The notes beneath the pieces were generated by a model. That model saw only the letters and a program-made list of their open reading frames with translations, had not been told where the DNA came from and searched no databases. DNA of 63,051 bases, the filler included. It is 7 parts of 7 records of this genome, joined end to end, with 100 filler letters (N's around TTAATTAATTAA, not from the genome) between each part and the next. Parts side by side here need not be neighbours in the genome. Positions count along the whole stretch, not along the records: positions 11,140 to 29,242 come from SRR31156797_44155; positions 29,343 to 37,257 come from SRR31156797_44157; 5 more parts are not named here. The stretch is one strand, 5' to 3'. The translations under genes were made by a program, and so were the position numbers. Within the stretch, counting starts at the first letter, position 1, and each line of letters starts with the position of its first letter. Below are positions 20,990 to 29,810 of this stretch, one piece after another.

Positions 20990-22201
20990 TTAACGCGTAG
21001 CGCGTTGCTTCAGGTAGGCAATCGCTTCAATAATAACAGATTTATCCATTTCATGAACTTCAATTTTTCGGCCCATGGCCGTGGGCAGGGTCACATTCAG
21101 CGATCCCCCCAGGTGTTCCTGAAAATCATCAAGCCCTTTCAGTATTTCAAAGCTTCCCTTGGCGTTTCTGCGCTCCAAAATGTCACTAAAGAAAGGCAAA
21201 CCGGTTGTTTCAAGGGCACCGATAACCGCATCCTGCTCTCGAGCGGTCAGCATGCCCATTCGGTGGGCGTAACACGTATCCAGGGCAATGCCGATGGCCA
21301 CGGCCTGACCATGCCCGATCCGATGCTCCGATAAAACCTCCAGACGGTGCGCGCTCCAGTGGCCGAAATCGAGGGGCCGGGCCGACCCGAACTCAAAGGG
21401 ATCTCCACTGTTTCGGATATGTTCCAAATGGAGCATGGCACACCGTTTAATGGCGGTCTCAATGGCGGTATCATCCCTTTGCGCGAATTTTTCAGCGTTT
21501 TGACAAAGAAAATCAAAAAAATCGGGATCCCTTATGATGGCAACCTTGAAGGCTTCGGCAATACCCCCGATCCAATGTTTCCCAGGAAGGGTACAGAGCA
21601 ACCGGAAATCGTTTAAAACCGCAAAGGGCGGCGAGAATGTTCCCGCAAAATTCTTCATGCCATAATCATCAATGCCGTTTTTAACCCCCACACCCGCATC
21701 ATTCTGGGCCAGAACCGTTGAAGGCGCCCTGATGAGCCGTACACCCCGATGGACCAGTGATGCCGCCAGCCCCACCATATCCAGAACGCTGCCGCCGCCG
21801 ATGGCCAATACATAACTCTGTCGGCATAAATGGCTGTCAGCCAGTGTACTCATGATATGGCGAACAAGATTCCGGTCGTTTTTGGCCCTTGCACCACCCG
21901 GCACGATCTCCATGCCCCCTTCCATTTGCAACACCTCCGGGCGGCTTTCCATGTATGTCCTGACCCTTTGGGGGAAATCTTCCATGGACTCGACAATGCC
22001 CGAATCCATAAAAACTTTTATGCGGTGCCGCCGGAGTTCATCCCTACGATCGACGACGGAAGCGAGCAGGTGGTTTTCGGGGTGGAAAATATCCCGGGAA
22101 AAATATACCGGATAATCAAAGGAGACCGTGAAATTCTGCATATGGCAGTCGGTGGGAAAATTTGAAATTTCTTTCTTTGCCCCACAAGGTTCATGTTTCA
22201 T
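20990..22201 (-). CDS. eboD: EboD-like 3-dehydroquinate-synthase-type sugar phosphate cyclase
   Basis: GGGSVLD, QNDAGVGVKN, ARPLDFGHWSAHRLE, HGQAVAIG, EHLGG. Confidence 0.85.
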   Translation of the reverse strand: MKHEPCGAKKEISNFPTDCHMQNFTVSFDYPVYFSRDIFHPENHLLASVVDRRDELRRHRIKVFMDSGIVESMEDFPQRVRTYMESRPEVLQMEGGMEIVPGGARAKNDRNLVRHIMSTLADSHLCRQSYVLAIGGGSVLDMVGLAASLVHRGVRLIRAPSTVLAQNDAGVGVKNGIDDYGMKNFAGTFSPPFAVLNDFRLLCTLPGKHWIGGIAEAFKVAIIRDPDFFDFLCQNAEKFAQRDDTAIETAIKRCAMLHLEHIRNSGDPFEFGSARPLDFGHWSAHRLEVLSEHRIGHGQAVAIGIALDTCYAHRMGMLTAREQDAVIGALETTGLPFFSDILERRNAKGSFEILKGLDDFQEHLGGSLNVTLPTAMGRKIEVHEMDKSVIIEAIAYLKQRATR

Positions 22202-22215
22202 GAAAATGCCTAAAT

Positions 22216-23493
22216 TTACCGTTCATCCAGCCAACGGCGCACCATGGCTGCCAGTTCAATTAAATCCGCGGGGTTACCCGGCACTTCAAAGGTGGAGGCC
22301 CAGGTCACATGATGATCGGGTCCCACCCTGCCGTGTGATCCATGAATACGGTCGGTATCCCGGCTCACCGAGCCCGGGGGCCAGCCAAAAAACAATTCGC
22401 AGGGATCATACCCGGGTTTGTTGTGGATGTCCACATGACTTGCAAAATCGGGCGCCTCCACCTTCTCCTCCCACCATGGATAGGCCAGCCATTTACCCGG
22501 ATCCGATACCAGGACCAGTTCACCGCTGTTTTCGTGATGCAGATTAAAGGCTGCCTGCAACTCATCATCCAGAACCGCTGAGATCCCGGACTGGCATTCA
22601 AACAGCTTTTTTACAACTGGAATATCATTTTTGTCCGGAACATAAACATGGGCGATTTCATGATCTGCCATGGCAAAAGCACGACTGGCATAAAAATCGG
22701 GATATGCCATTTTTCGGATATGCCGAACCGCCAGAAGTCCGGCCTTTCGAAGGACCACATTGGGTGTCACGGCGCGCCGGACAGGTGCAATATGGTAATC
22801 CCCAAAAATCAGGACATCATATCCGCTTGATTTTGCTGTTTGAATGAGACGCAACAGTTGTTCTTTGACCCTGTTAAATATCTTGATAATTTTAGGACTT
22901 TTTTCCGGATCCTTTCTTTGCAGGTCATAGTCCAGGCTCGGCAGATAACTGAATAACAATTCCGGTGCCAGTTCAGGATCCGAAAGGATTTCGGAAACGG
23001 CCTCCACAATCCATTCCCCCACTTTCCATGATGCCAGCGGACCCCAGTAATGTTGCAGTTTAAAAGGTCTTCCAAGCTTTCTGCAGAGGTGTGGATAAAG
23101 GCCGGCAGGCTTGCTGTAACAGTTCTGGATCATGCCGCCGTGATGTTTGTGAATGGGTGCCGGCGACAGAATGAGATCAACCGTCTCACCCAAACTCTGC
23201 TGCCAGAAAACCATACCGACGCGCTTGCCCCGCGAACGGAAGTTCGTCCAGATCCTCTCCCCTTCCACCAGCCGGGCCGACTGTTCCCAAAACATGGGTC
23301 GACCTAATGTTCGGTAAAATCGACCGTTTGCGATCATGCCGTGTTTATCAGGGGGAGATGCCGTGCGAAAGCTCGCTTGAACCGTGCAGGTCACAGCCGG
23401 AAAAACACTCTGTATGGATTGAGAATGCAAACCCGCCATTTCAAATTCATGGGACAGGCCGGCAACCTCAACAATCAGCAATTTCCTGCTCAT
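22216..23493 (-). CDS. eboF: EboF-like alkaline phosphatase/nucleotide pyrophosphatase family protein
   Basis: FPAVTCTVQAS, YLPSLDYDLQR, VDIHNKPGYDPCELF, GSHG. Confidence 0.85.
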   Translation of the reverse strand: MSRKLLIVEVAGLSHEFEMAGLHSQSIQSVFPAVTCTVQASFRTASPPDKHGMIANGRFYRTLGRPMFWEQSARLVEGERIWTNFRSRGKRVGMVFWQQSLGETVDLILSPAPIHKHHGGMIQNCYSKPAGLYPHLCRKLGRPFKLQHYWGPLASWKVGEWIVEAVSEILSDPELAPELLFSYLPSLDYDLQRKDPEKSPKIIKIFNRVKEQLLRLIQTAKSSGYDVLIFGDYHIAPVRRAVTPNVVLRKAGLLAVRHIRKMAYPDFYASRAFAMADHEIAHVYVPDKNDIPVVKKLFECQSGISAVLDDELQAAFNLHHENSGELVLVSDPGKWLAYPWWEEKVEAPDFASHVDIHNKPGYDPCELFFGWPPGSVSRDTDRIHGSHGRVGPDHHVTWASTFEVPGNPADLIELAAMVRRWLDER

Positions 23494-23536
23494 GGGGTAT
23501 ATTCACCTCAGGATCGATTGGTGGAGGTTTTAAGTT

Positions 23537-24376
23537 TCAAGAAATGGCCCATGCCGTTTCTTTGGGCAGGGTGGGAGACGGCTGAAATTTTTCACACTGC
23601 CCGAGAAAGTAGCAGGGGTTATTATAAAAAACAGTTTCCATCTGTTCTTCTTGATGGCCTCTTTTTTTCATTTCAAATATGGCATCGTGCAATGTGCCGG
23701 GATCCGAAGGGCCCCAATCACCGGAAGCATCCACCAGCATGTGATCCAGCCCATAGATTTCGAGCCCGTCCACCACCCGTGCGGGAGAGTTCTTGGTGAC
23801 CGGGTAAATGGTCATGGCGGCCCAGAACCCCGCATCCCGAATCATTTTCAAGGTGTGCTCTTCCGAGTGATCAAAGCAGACCCTTTCAGGATTTACACTG
23901 CCGTGGCCTTTCAGGTAATCCAGCATCATCCGGGTCCCTTTGAGCTTGTCTTTGAGGTGCGGGGTGTGAATCCATATCAACTGCTCATGTTTCAGGGCCA
24001 GTTCCACCTGTTCCTCAAAAATGGTCATTTCGTTTTTCGTATTGAGATTCAGACCGATTTCACCGATGCCGAGCACTGTCGGTTTTCCCAGGAATTCCGG
24101 TATGAAGGAAATGACCTCCCTCGACAGCACCAGGTCGTCCGCCTCTTTCGGATTAATGCAGATCCAGCAATAGTGTTCAATAAGATACTCTGCGGCCCGG
24201 GTCGGCTCGAACTCCGAAATGTGTTTAAAATAATCATAAAATGCCTGAGATGAAGCGCGATCATACCCGGCCCAGAAAGCGGGCTCGCAGCAGGCAACCG
24301 TATGCATCCTGACCATTCTTTCGTAATCCTGGGTGGTTCTGGCGATCATATGGATATGGGGCTCAATGACTTTCAT
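23537..24376 (-). CDS. eboB: EboB-like TatD hydrolase
   Basis: PHIHMIARTTQDY, EPAFW, GEIG, IHTPH, TIYP..K, SGDWG.SDP. Confidence 0.85.
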   Translation of the reverse strand: MKVIEPHIHMIARTTQDYERMVRMHTVACCEPAFWAGYDRASSQAFYDYFKHISEFEPTRAAEYLIEHYCWICINPKEADDLVLSREVISFIPEFLGKPTVLGIGEIGLNLNTKNEMTIFEEQVELALKHEQLIWIHTPHLKDKLKGTRMMLDYLKGHGSVNPERVCFDHSEEHTLKMIRDAGFWAAMTIYPVTKNSPARVVDGLEIYGLDHMLVDASGDWGPSDPGTLHDAIFEMKKRGHQEEQMETVFYNNPCYFLGQCEKFQPSPTLPKETAWAIS

Positions 24377-24401
24377 GGGTTACACCACCTTCAGTTTTGG
24401 G

Positions 24402-24668
24402 TTATTGTGCCGGGGGATCGGATAAAAGACGCAAGAACCGCTCAGCCCTGTCCGGTTTCCCGCTTTTAAGGATCTCAAAGCTCTTTTGCAGTTTTTGAAT
24501 ACGGGGATCCTTCAAAATATCGTTTCCGTTTTCAGCCCTTTGGAGTCTGTCCATTGTGGCAGCCGTTTCCAGAAGTGCCGATCTCATGTGGAGAAAATAG
24601 ATTTCCAGTAGTTCCTCAGCCGTTTTCGGAGAGCCCAAAACCGGTTTTGCGGAATTCTCGTTATTCAT
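24402..24668 (-). CDS. Small hypothetical protein in ebo cluster
   Basis: RBS AGGGAG; YFLHMRSALLETAATMDR...RAERFLRLLS; operonic position. Confidence 0.7.
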   Translation of the reverse strand: MNNENSAKPVLGSPKTAEELLEIYFLHMRSALLETAATMDRLQRAENGNDILKDPRIQKLQKSFEILKSGKPDRAERFLRLLSDPPAQ

Positions 24669-24708
24669 TGACAACTCCCTTTTCATTTCGATGGTTGCAT
24701 CAACCCTT

Positions 24709-25584
24709 TCAGGTCACATATAAATAGCGTGAAAGGAACGTTGAAGGCAGCGCGCATAAAGAAACCGGAATGCCATAGGCCCACCCGTGGAGGCCTGAAA
24801 CATAGATGGCATCCAGCAGAGGGATCCCCAGTATCAGGAATTTTACGGCTCTGCCCACCCGCTGGGGTGCAGGCTTTAAAAGGCCGGCAATTAAAGGCGG
24901 CGCGGCAAAAACTACCAGAAGACCCGTATAGATCAGACTATCGGCAGCCAGTTGCTGCGTCAGAATGAGGATCAAGACCATGGAGAGCACCAACAAAAGA
25001 AATCCCGAAACGGTCCAACCCTTTCCCGAAAGGCCCCCTTCAACCTCGAAATGGCTCAGGGTTGTGAGGGCAAACACATAGGTAAACGAAATAAAAGGAA
25101 ATACAAAAGCAGCTCCGGGCCAGTGGACATATAAGCTCATGCCGAGCAGCAGATTGGCGCCCCGGCAGGCACCCATGGTGACCGGTCCCAAAACAGGCAT
25201 ATCTTTGGTGAAGACATCATATGAAACAGCCAGAAACACCAACAGAGAAGCAACGAAAAAACATGTCTTTCCAGCCCAAAAGGCGGTGATGAGACCCAGT
25301 CCAAAAAAGATAATGGATAGAATGAGGGCTTCCCCCATTGATATCCTTCCCGATGGGATGGGCCTTTGGGGGCGTTCCAGTACGTCCCGTTTATGGTCAC
25401 GGATATCATTTAAGATGCACCCGCCGCCATAAATAAAACATGTGGAAAGGAAAAGCGCCAGCAATTCAAAACCGCCTATTTTCAGTCCTTTTACAATGAG
25501 GTATCCGGCCAGCACATCGGCCATGGATGTAAAAAGGTTGGGAAACCGCATCAACTGAAGGTAAGCGAAGATCTTGTCTTTCAA
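24709..25584 (-). CDS. eboC: EboC-like UbiA prenyltransferase (TTG start inferred)
   Basis: LQLMRFPNLFT, NDIRD..RD..ERPQRPIPSGR, MGACRGANLLLG. Confidence 0.88.
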   Translation of the reverse strand: MKDKIFAYLQLMRFPNLFTSMADVLAGYLIVKGLKIGGFELLALFLSTCFIYGGGCILNDIRDHKRDVLERPQRPIPSGRISMGEALILSIIFFGLGLITAFWAGKTCFFVASLLVFLAVSYDVFTKDMPVLGPVTMGACRGANLLLGMSLYVHWPGAAFVFPFISFTYVFALTTLSHFEVEGGLSGKGWTVSGFLLLVLSMVLILILTQQLAADSLIYTGLLVVFAAPPLIAGLLKPAPQRVGRAVKFLILGIPLLDAIYVSGLHGWAYGIPVSLCALPSTFLSRYLYVT

Positions 25585-25987
25585 ATCCCCCCCCTTTACT
25601 TTGGATCTTTTTGTCGAAGCCATATATCGAATCGATTCCATAAAAAAAGCGCATATGGAACCTCAAATTTTGTTTGTTTATAACAAAGCCCTAAAGTTTT
25701 ATGCAACCACAGAAATAGCGACTTCAGGATATTTATCTGTAAACCAATGTAGCCTCAAAGCTGCATCAAAAAGCAGCCGGAAGAATGGAATAGACTGCCA
25801 CACAAACGCCAAAAGCATAATCCGGCTCAAGGAAACCGGCGAATCTTTTGATGGCTTTTTTTAGATATTAATGTTATATTTGGTTAAATAGATTCGGTAA
25901 TCAATTTTGGCGCCAACGGTTTCCAGTTTTACTCAAAATGAGAACGATTGTGCTGTTTTGTTCTATAACCATAGGAGGAAAGCAAAA

Positions 25988-26767
25988 ATGTGGAAAACGG
26001 CGATTACGCAGATTGAGAATGAAAAATATTTTGTGAAGGGTTATGAACTTACGGAACTGATGGAATCATGTACTTTTGGGGATATGGTATTGCTCATGGC
26101 TACGGGGAAGATGCCTCATTTGCAACAGGGTGAAGTAATGGAGTCTATTCTGGTTGCATGTTGCGACCAGGGGCCTCTCCCCCCTTCGACAAACGCAGCC
26201 CGATTTGTCGCTTCCTGCGGCGTTCCTCTGCAAGCGGCTGTGGCTGCGGGAATTTTGGGCATTGGTGATCACCATGGAGGCGCCATCGAGACTTGTGCCA
26301 AACTTCTGCAAGAGAATATTTTACGGAATAAAAAAAGAGATTACAATCAGCTGGCAGAAAAAATCATTCAAGATTTTTCAGCTCAAAACAAAAGGATCCC
26401 CGGATTCGGCCATGCGTATGTAGGAGTCGATCAGAGGGCTGTGAAACTATTAGAAATTGCAAGAAAAAAAATTCATCCCCATCCCCATGTTGATTTGCTT
26501 CTGGCCATGGAGAAAATGCTGACCAGCAAAAAAGGGGCCCATCTGGCTACCAACATAAACGGTGCCGTCGCAGCTGTAATATCGGATTTAGGCGTTGATT
26601 GGAGAATGGGGAAGGGCATTTTCATTATGTCCAGATCTCTTGGACTGATCGTACATACATTAGAGGAAATGAAGTTGGGTAAACCTTATAAGAAAATCTC
26701 CAAAAAAAATATTGATTATGATGTTTCGGAAAAGAAAGAGTTTCCGATTCGTCTCGAACCTTCTTAA
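25988..26767 (+). CDS. Citryl-CoA lyase / citrate synthase-like protein
   Basis: RBS AGGAGG; WKTAIT, GDHHGGA, IPGFGH, NINGA. Confidence 0.82.
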   Translation: MWKTAITQIENEKYFVKGYELTELMESCTFGDMVLLMATGKMPHLQQGEVMESILVACCDQGPLPPSTNAARFVASCGVPLQAAVAAGILGIGDHHGGAIETCAKLLQENILRNKKRDYNQLAEKIIQDFSAQNKRIPGFGHAYVGVDQRAVKLLEIARKKIHPHPHVDLLLAMEKMLTSKKGAHLATNINGAVAAVISDLGVDWRMGKGIFIMSRSLGLIVHTLEEMKLGKPYKKISKKNIDYDVSEKKEFPIRLEPS

Positions 26768-26815
26768 AAACGGATAATAGAAGATGGTAGGAAATGCTCC
26801 ATTGTCAAGTTATCG

Positions 26816-27670
26816 ATGAAAGGCCGAATTGTCCGGCCTGGGGAGAGATGGGAAATGCATGAAGAAAAAAGGGTCGCGACTCCAGACGGAATGGAGCTGT
26901 TTCACATCAAAGATATTCCTGAAAACCCAATGGCGATCATCGTTCTGGTCCATGGTCTTGCGGAACACTGCGGAAGGTATGATTACGTGGTTCAAAAGCT
27001 GAACGATTTCGGTTATGGGGTATACCGCTTCGACAACCGGGGGCATGGTCGGTCCGGGGGACAACGGGGCTATCTGGAGGATTTTCAAAAGTTCATTGAT
27101 GATGCCGGCTTTTTCGTGGATCGGGCCGAAGAAGAGAATCCGGGTCTACCCCTCTTCATGCTGGGACACAGCATGGGGGGATTCATAACCGCCGGATATG
27201 GGGTAAGATATCCGGACAAACTCAAGGGCCAGATTTTTTCCGGGCCCGTCGTCATCGAACTTCCCATTTTTAATGCACTCAAAGAGATGGATGTGGCGAA
27301 CGCACCGGAAACGCCTATTCCCAATTCCCTTTCCGCCCTTATCTGTAGGGATCGAAGAGTGGTTAAAGACTATGAGAATGATCCTCTGGTTTTGAAAGAA
27401 ACGACGCTGAAACTGCTAACCAACGTATTTTTTGACGGGGTCGCATGGCTTGGGGAAAAGCTTGAAAACTATACCTATCCCTGTCTCATCCTCCACGGTG
27501 GGGACGATCAGATCGTGGACAACGCTTCGGCCCATTTCCTGTACGAACATATTTCCTCCATGGATAAGGGTATCAAAATCTACGATGCATTTTTTCATGA
27601 GATCCTGAACGAGGCTGAAAAAGACCTGGTCCTTTCGGATATTCACAAGTGGATTCAGGAGAAGATCTGA
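26816..27670 (+). CDS. Alpha/beta hydrolase, lysophospholipase-like (start may be 26855)
   Basis: VHGLAEH, RGHGRS, GHSMGG, HEILNE. Confidence 0.9.
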   Translation: MKGRIVRPGERWEMHEEKRVATPDGMELFHIKDIPENPMAIIVLVHGLAEHCGRYDYVVQKLNDFGYGVYRFDNRGHGRSGGQRGYLEDFQKFIDDAGFFVDRAEEENPGLPLFMLGHSMGGFITAGYGVRYPDKLKGQIFSGPVVIELPIFNALKEMDVANAPETPIPNSLSALICRDRRVVKDYENDPLVLKETTLKLLTNVFFDGVAWLGEKLENYTYPCLILHGGDDQIVDNASAHFLYEHISSMDKGIKIYDAFFHEILNEAEKDLVLSDIHKWIQEKI

Positions 27671-27722
27671 CCCTTTGTTCCAAAAGTATTCTGAAATAAT
27701 GGTTTGGGAAAACACCGAACAG

Positions 27723-27757
27723 AAAAAACCTCCAATCTTGTGAAAGGAGGTTTTTTT
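27723..27757. terminator. Bidirectional terminator between convergent genes
   Basis: AAAAAACCTCC...GGAGGTTTTTTT. Confidence 0.65.
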
Positions 27758-27773
27758 GTGATTTCACGGGGAG

Positions 27774-28955
27774 CTATCCAAATTGCATTCCGTAAGCATC
27801 CGCTGCCATAAGCGCGTTAAAAATTTCGTTGGGATCATAGAATCTGCCATGGTCATCCGGCATTGAAGTGGCTCTCGGCATGGAGGTAATAAGCACGTTT
27901 TTAGCGGCATCTTCCGACACCATCCCAATGGCTTCACTATCTGCCTTTTTTAACCCGAGTGCTTGGAGGGTCGTGGGCAGTCCGATGCTTGTACAAAATT
28001 CGTAAATTTCATCCAGAAAAACAGCGTTTCGCCCTTCCATCATCAGTTGTGTCAAAGTGGAAAAGGCCACGAATTGTCCGTGTGTGGGATGAACCTCGAA
28101 GAGGTCGTAGACCCGGGTCCAACTGAGCGCTATGGCGTGGGCCGCCGCCAGGCCGCCGCTTTCGTACCCCAGGCCGCTCAAAAGGATATTGGCCTCCACA
28201 ACAGCTTCCAATGCCTGACCGGGGATATTGTTTTCCGCCTCCAACATGGCCTGATAACCGTATTCCATCAAGGTGTCAAAAGCAAACCGCGCCATCATCT
28301 GGGCGGTTCTGGTTGAGAGCCCTCCGGCCAGAACCGGCGAACCGGTCTGGTAAGACATGGCCGCTTCAAAATAGGTGGCAAGGGCATCGCCCATTCCGGA
28401 GACCAGCGTCTCCGCCGGGGCATTGGCGATGATTTGCGTATCCACAAAAACCATTGCCGGATTGGCTTGAAACACCAGAAAAGTCTCAAATTCGCCCTTA
28501 TCCGTATAGATCACCGAGACCTTGGCGGTGGGCGCATCCGTTGCCGCGATGGTGGGCACCTGGATGCAAGGGACATTGGCGCCGATGCCTTCAATGATTT
28601 CGGGCGGCACCACCCCTGCATTGACCGCATTCCCGGCGGATGCCGTTCTCCCGGTATCCAGAACTTTTCCGCCGCCGCAGGCAATAATGGCATCATGGGA
28701 TCCGGAGACACAGGCTTCTTTGATTCTCGTTACCTCATCAAAGGTACATTCGCCACCAAATTGGACGAAGTCCGTTTTTAAGCCCTTTTCATTCATGCTG
28801 CGGGCCATGGTCTCCCGGCAAACACCCAGGGCTGTAGGCCCGCCAATGACAAGCGGATTGGAAATCCCCATCCCTTCCAGATGTTGTCCAATCTGAGTCA
28901 GGGCATCGGGTCCCTGAACATACCGCATGGGGGCAATCAGAATTTTCGTGCTCAT
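27774..28955 (-). CDS. gldA: Glycerol dehydrogenase
   Basis: YVQG, GGGKVLD, PTIAATDAP, GDALATYFEA, LSGLGYESGGLAAAHA. Confidence 0.88.
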   Translation of the reverse strand: MSTKILIAPMRYVQGPDALTQIGQHLEGMGISNPLVIGGPTALGVCRETMARSMNEKGLKTDFVQFGGECTFDEVTRIKEACVSGSHDAIIACGGGKVLDTGRTASAGNAVNAGVVPPEIIEGIGANVPCIQVPTIAATDAPTAKVSVIYTDKGEFETFLVFQANPAMVFVDTQIIANAPAETLVSGMGDALATYFEAAMSYQTGSPVLAGGLSTRTAQMMARFAFDTLMEYGYQAMLEAENNIPGQALEAVVEANILLSGLGYESGGLAAAHAIALSWTRVYDLFEVHPTHGQFVAFSTLTQLMMEGRNAVFLDEIYEFCTSIGLPTTLQALGLKKADSEAIGMVSEDAAKNVLITSMPRATSMPDDHGRFYDPNEIFNALMAADAYGMQFG

Positions 28956-29242
28956 CTTTGGCTCCTCCTTTTGGAATATGGGTTAACATCAGACCTTCAT
29001 TAGCGCCTTCAAAGCGCGGTCAAGACTGGGAGAATTTTCCGCCGCACGTTCCGGCATCCATAAACTGTCCACGAAGTCACACAGCACTTCGTTATATTTT
29101 GGGCCAATATTAGCTGCCCCTTTAGGCAGCATCTCACGATGGATCTTCGTCCTTCCCTTTCTGCGGATCACGTTCAAGAGGTGTTCCTTGCCCCCTTGTT
29201 TTAGGTCTGCTCGATCAGGCGAACGCCGTATAAGAGCCCCTA

Positions 29243-29342
29243 NNNNNNNNNNNNNNNNNNNNNNNNNNNNNNNNNNNNNNNNNNNNTTAATTAATTAANN
29301 NNNNNNNNNNNNNNNNNNNNNNNNNNNNNNNNNNNNNNNNNN
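29243..29342. other. Artificial contig spacer
   Basis: N run with TTAATTAATTAA. Confidence 0.99.
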
Positions 29343-29372
29343 CAGTTGCTCTACCAATTGAGCTAACGGCCC
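29343..29372 (-). tRNA. 5' part of a tRNA, probably tRNA-Lys (anticodon lost at contig end)
   Basis: Minus strand GGGCCGTTAGCTCAATTGGTAGAGCAACTG = acceptor 5' strand, D-arm and anticodon-stem 5' strand. Confidence 0.8.
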
Positions 29373-29396
29373 CTGCCGAAGCAGAAAAACAAGGGG

Positions 29397-29425
29397 AACC
29401 TACCAGTAACCGAGGCTTCTGTCAA
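29397..29425 (-). promoter_or_regulatory. Sigma70 promoter of the tRNA
   Basis: TTGACA-17 bp-TAGGTT with A-rich UP-like tract upstream. Confidence 0.7.
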
Positions 29426-29810
29426 ACCTTTTTTTATTTTTTTTGATATTTTATTATCTACCCGGCTCAAAGCCCGGTTTTCAGGCGTTCCCAGTAACGC
29501 TCGTAGATCAGGATGGCCTCCCCCACATCCATCTATAACTCCCCCTTTTCCATCACGGACGGGTCCGGGAAGATCATGGGGTTGCCCCTCAGCGCCTTGT
29601 CCATTGGGCCGCCGGCCGTGCGGATGTGCTCGAGAAATCGGTATCATTCACGAAATAGCCGTTGATGATCGCGCCGTCCAGGAAATGGGTAAAGCTGAGG
29701 GAACACCCGGTTACAGGTGAAATATCCCTTGCAATGACTCCAGGCTTTCCTTATAAGAGACAAGGCGGTTTCACATTAAAAAAACATAGTCCAAGGAACG
29801 AAATGTCATC

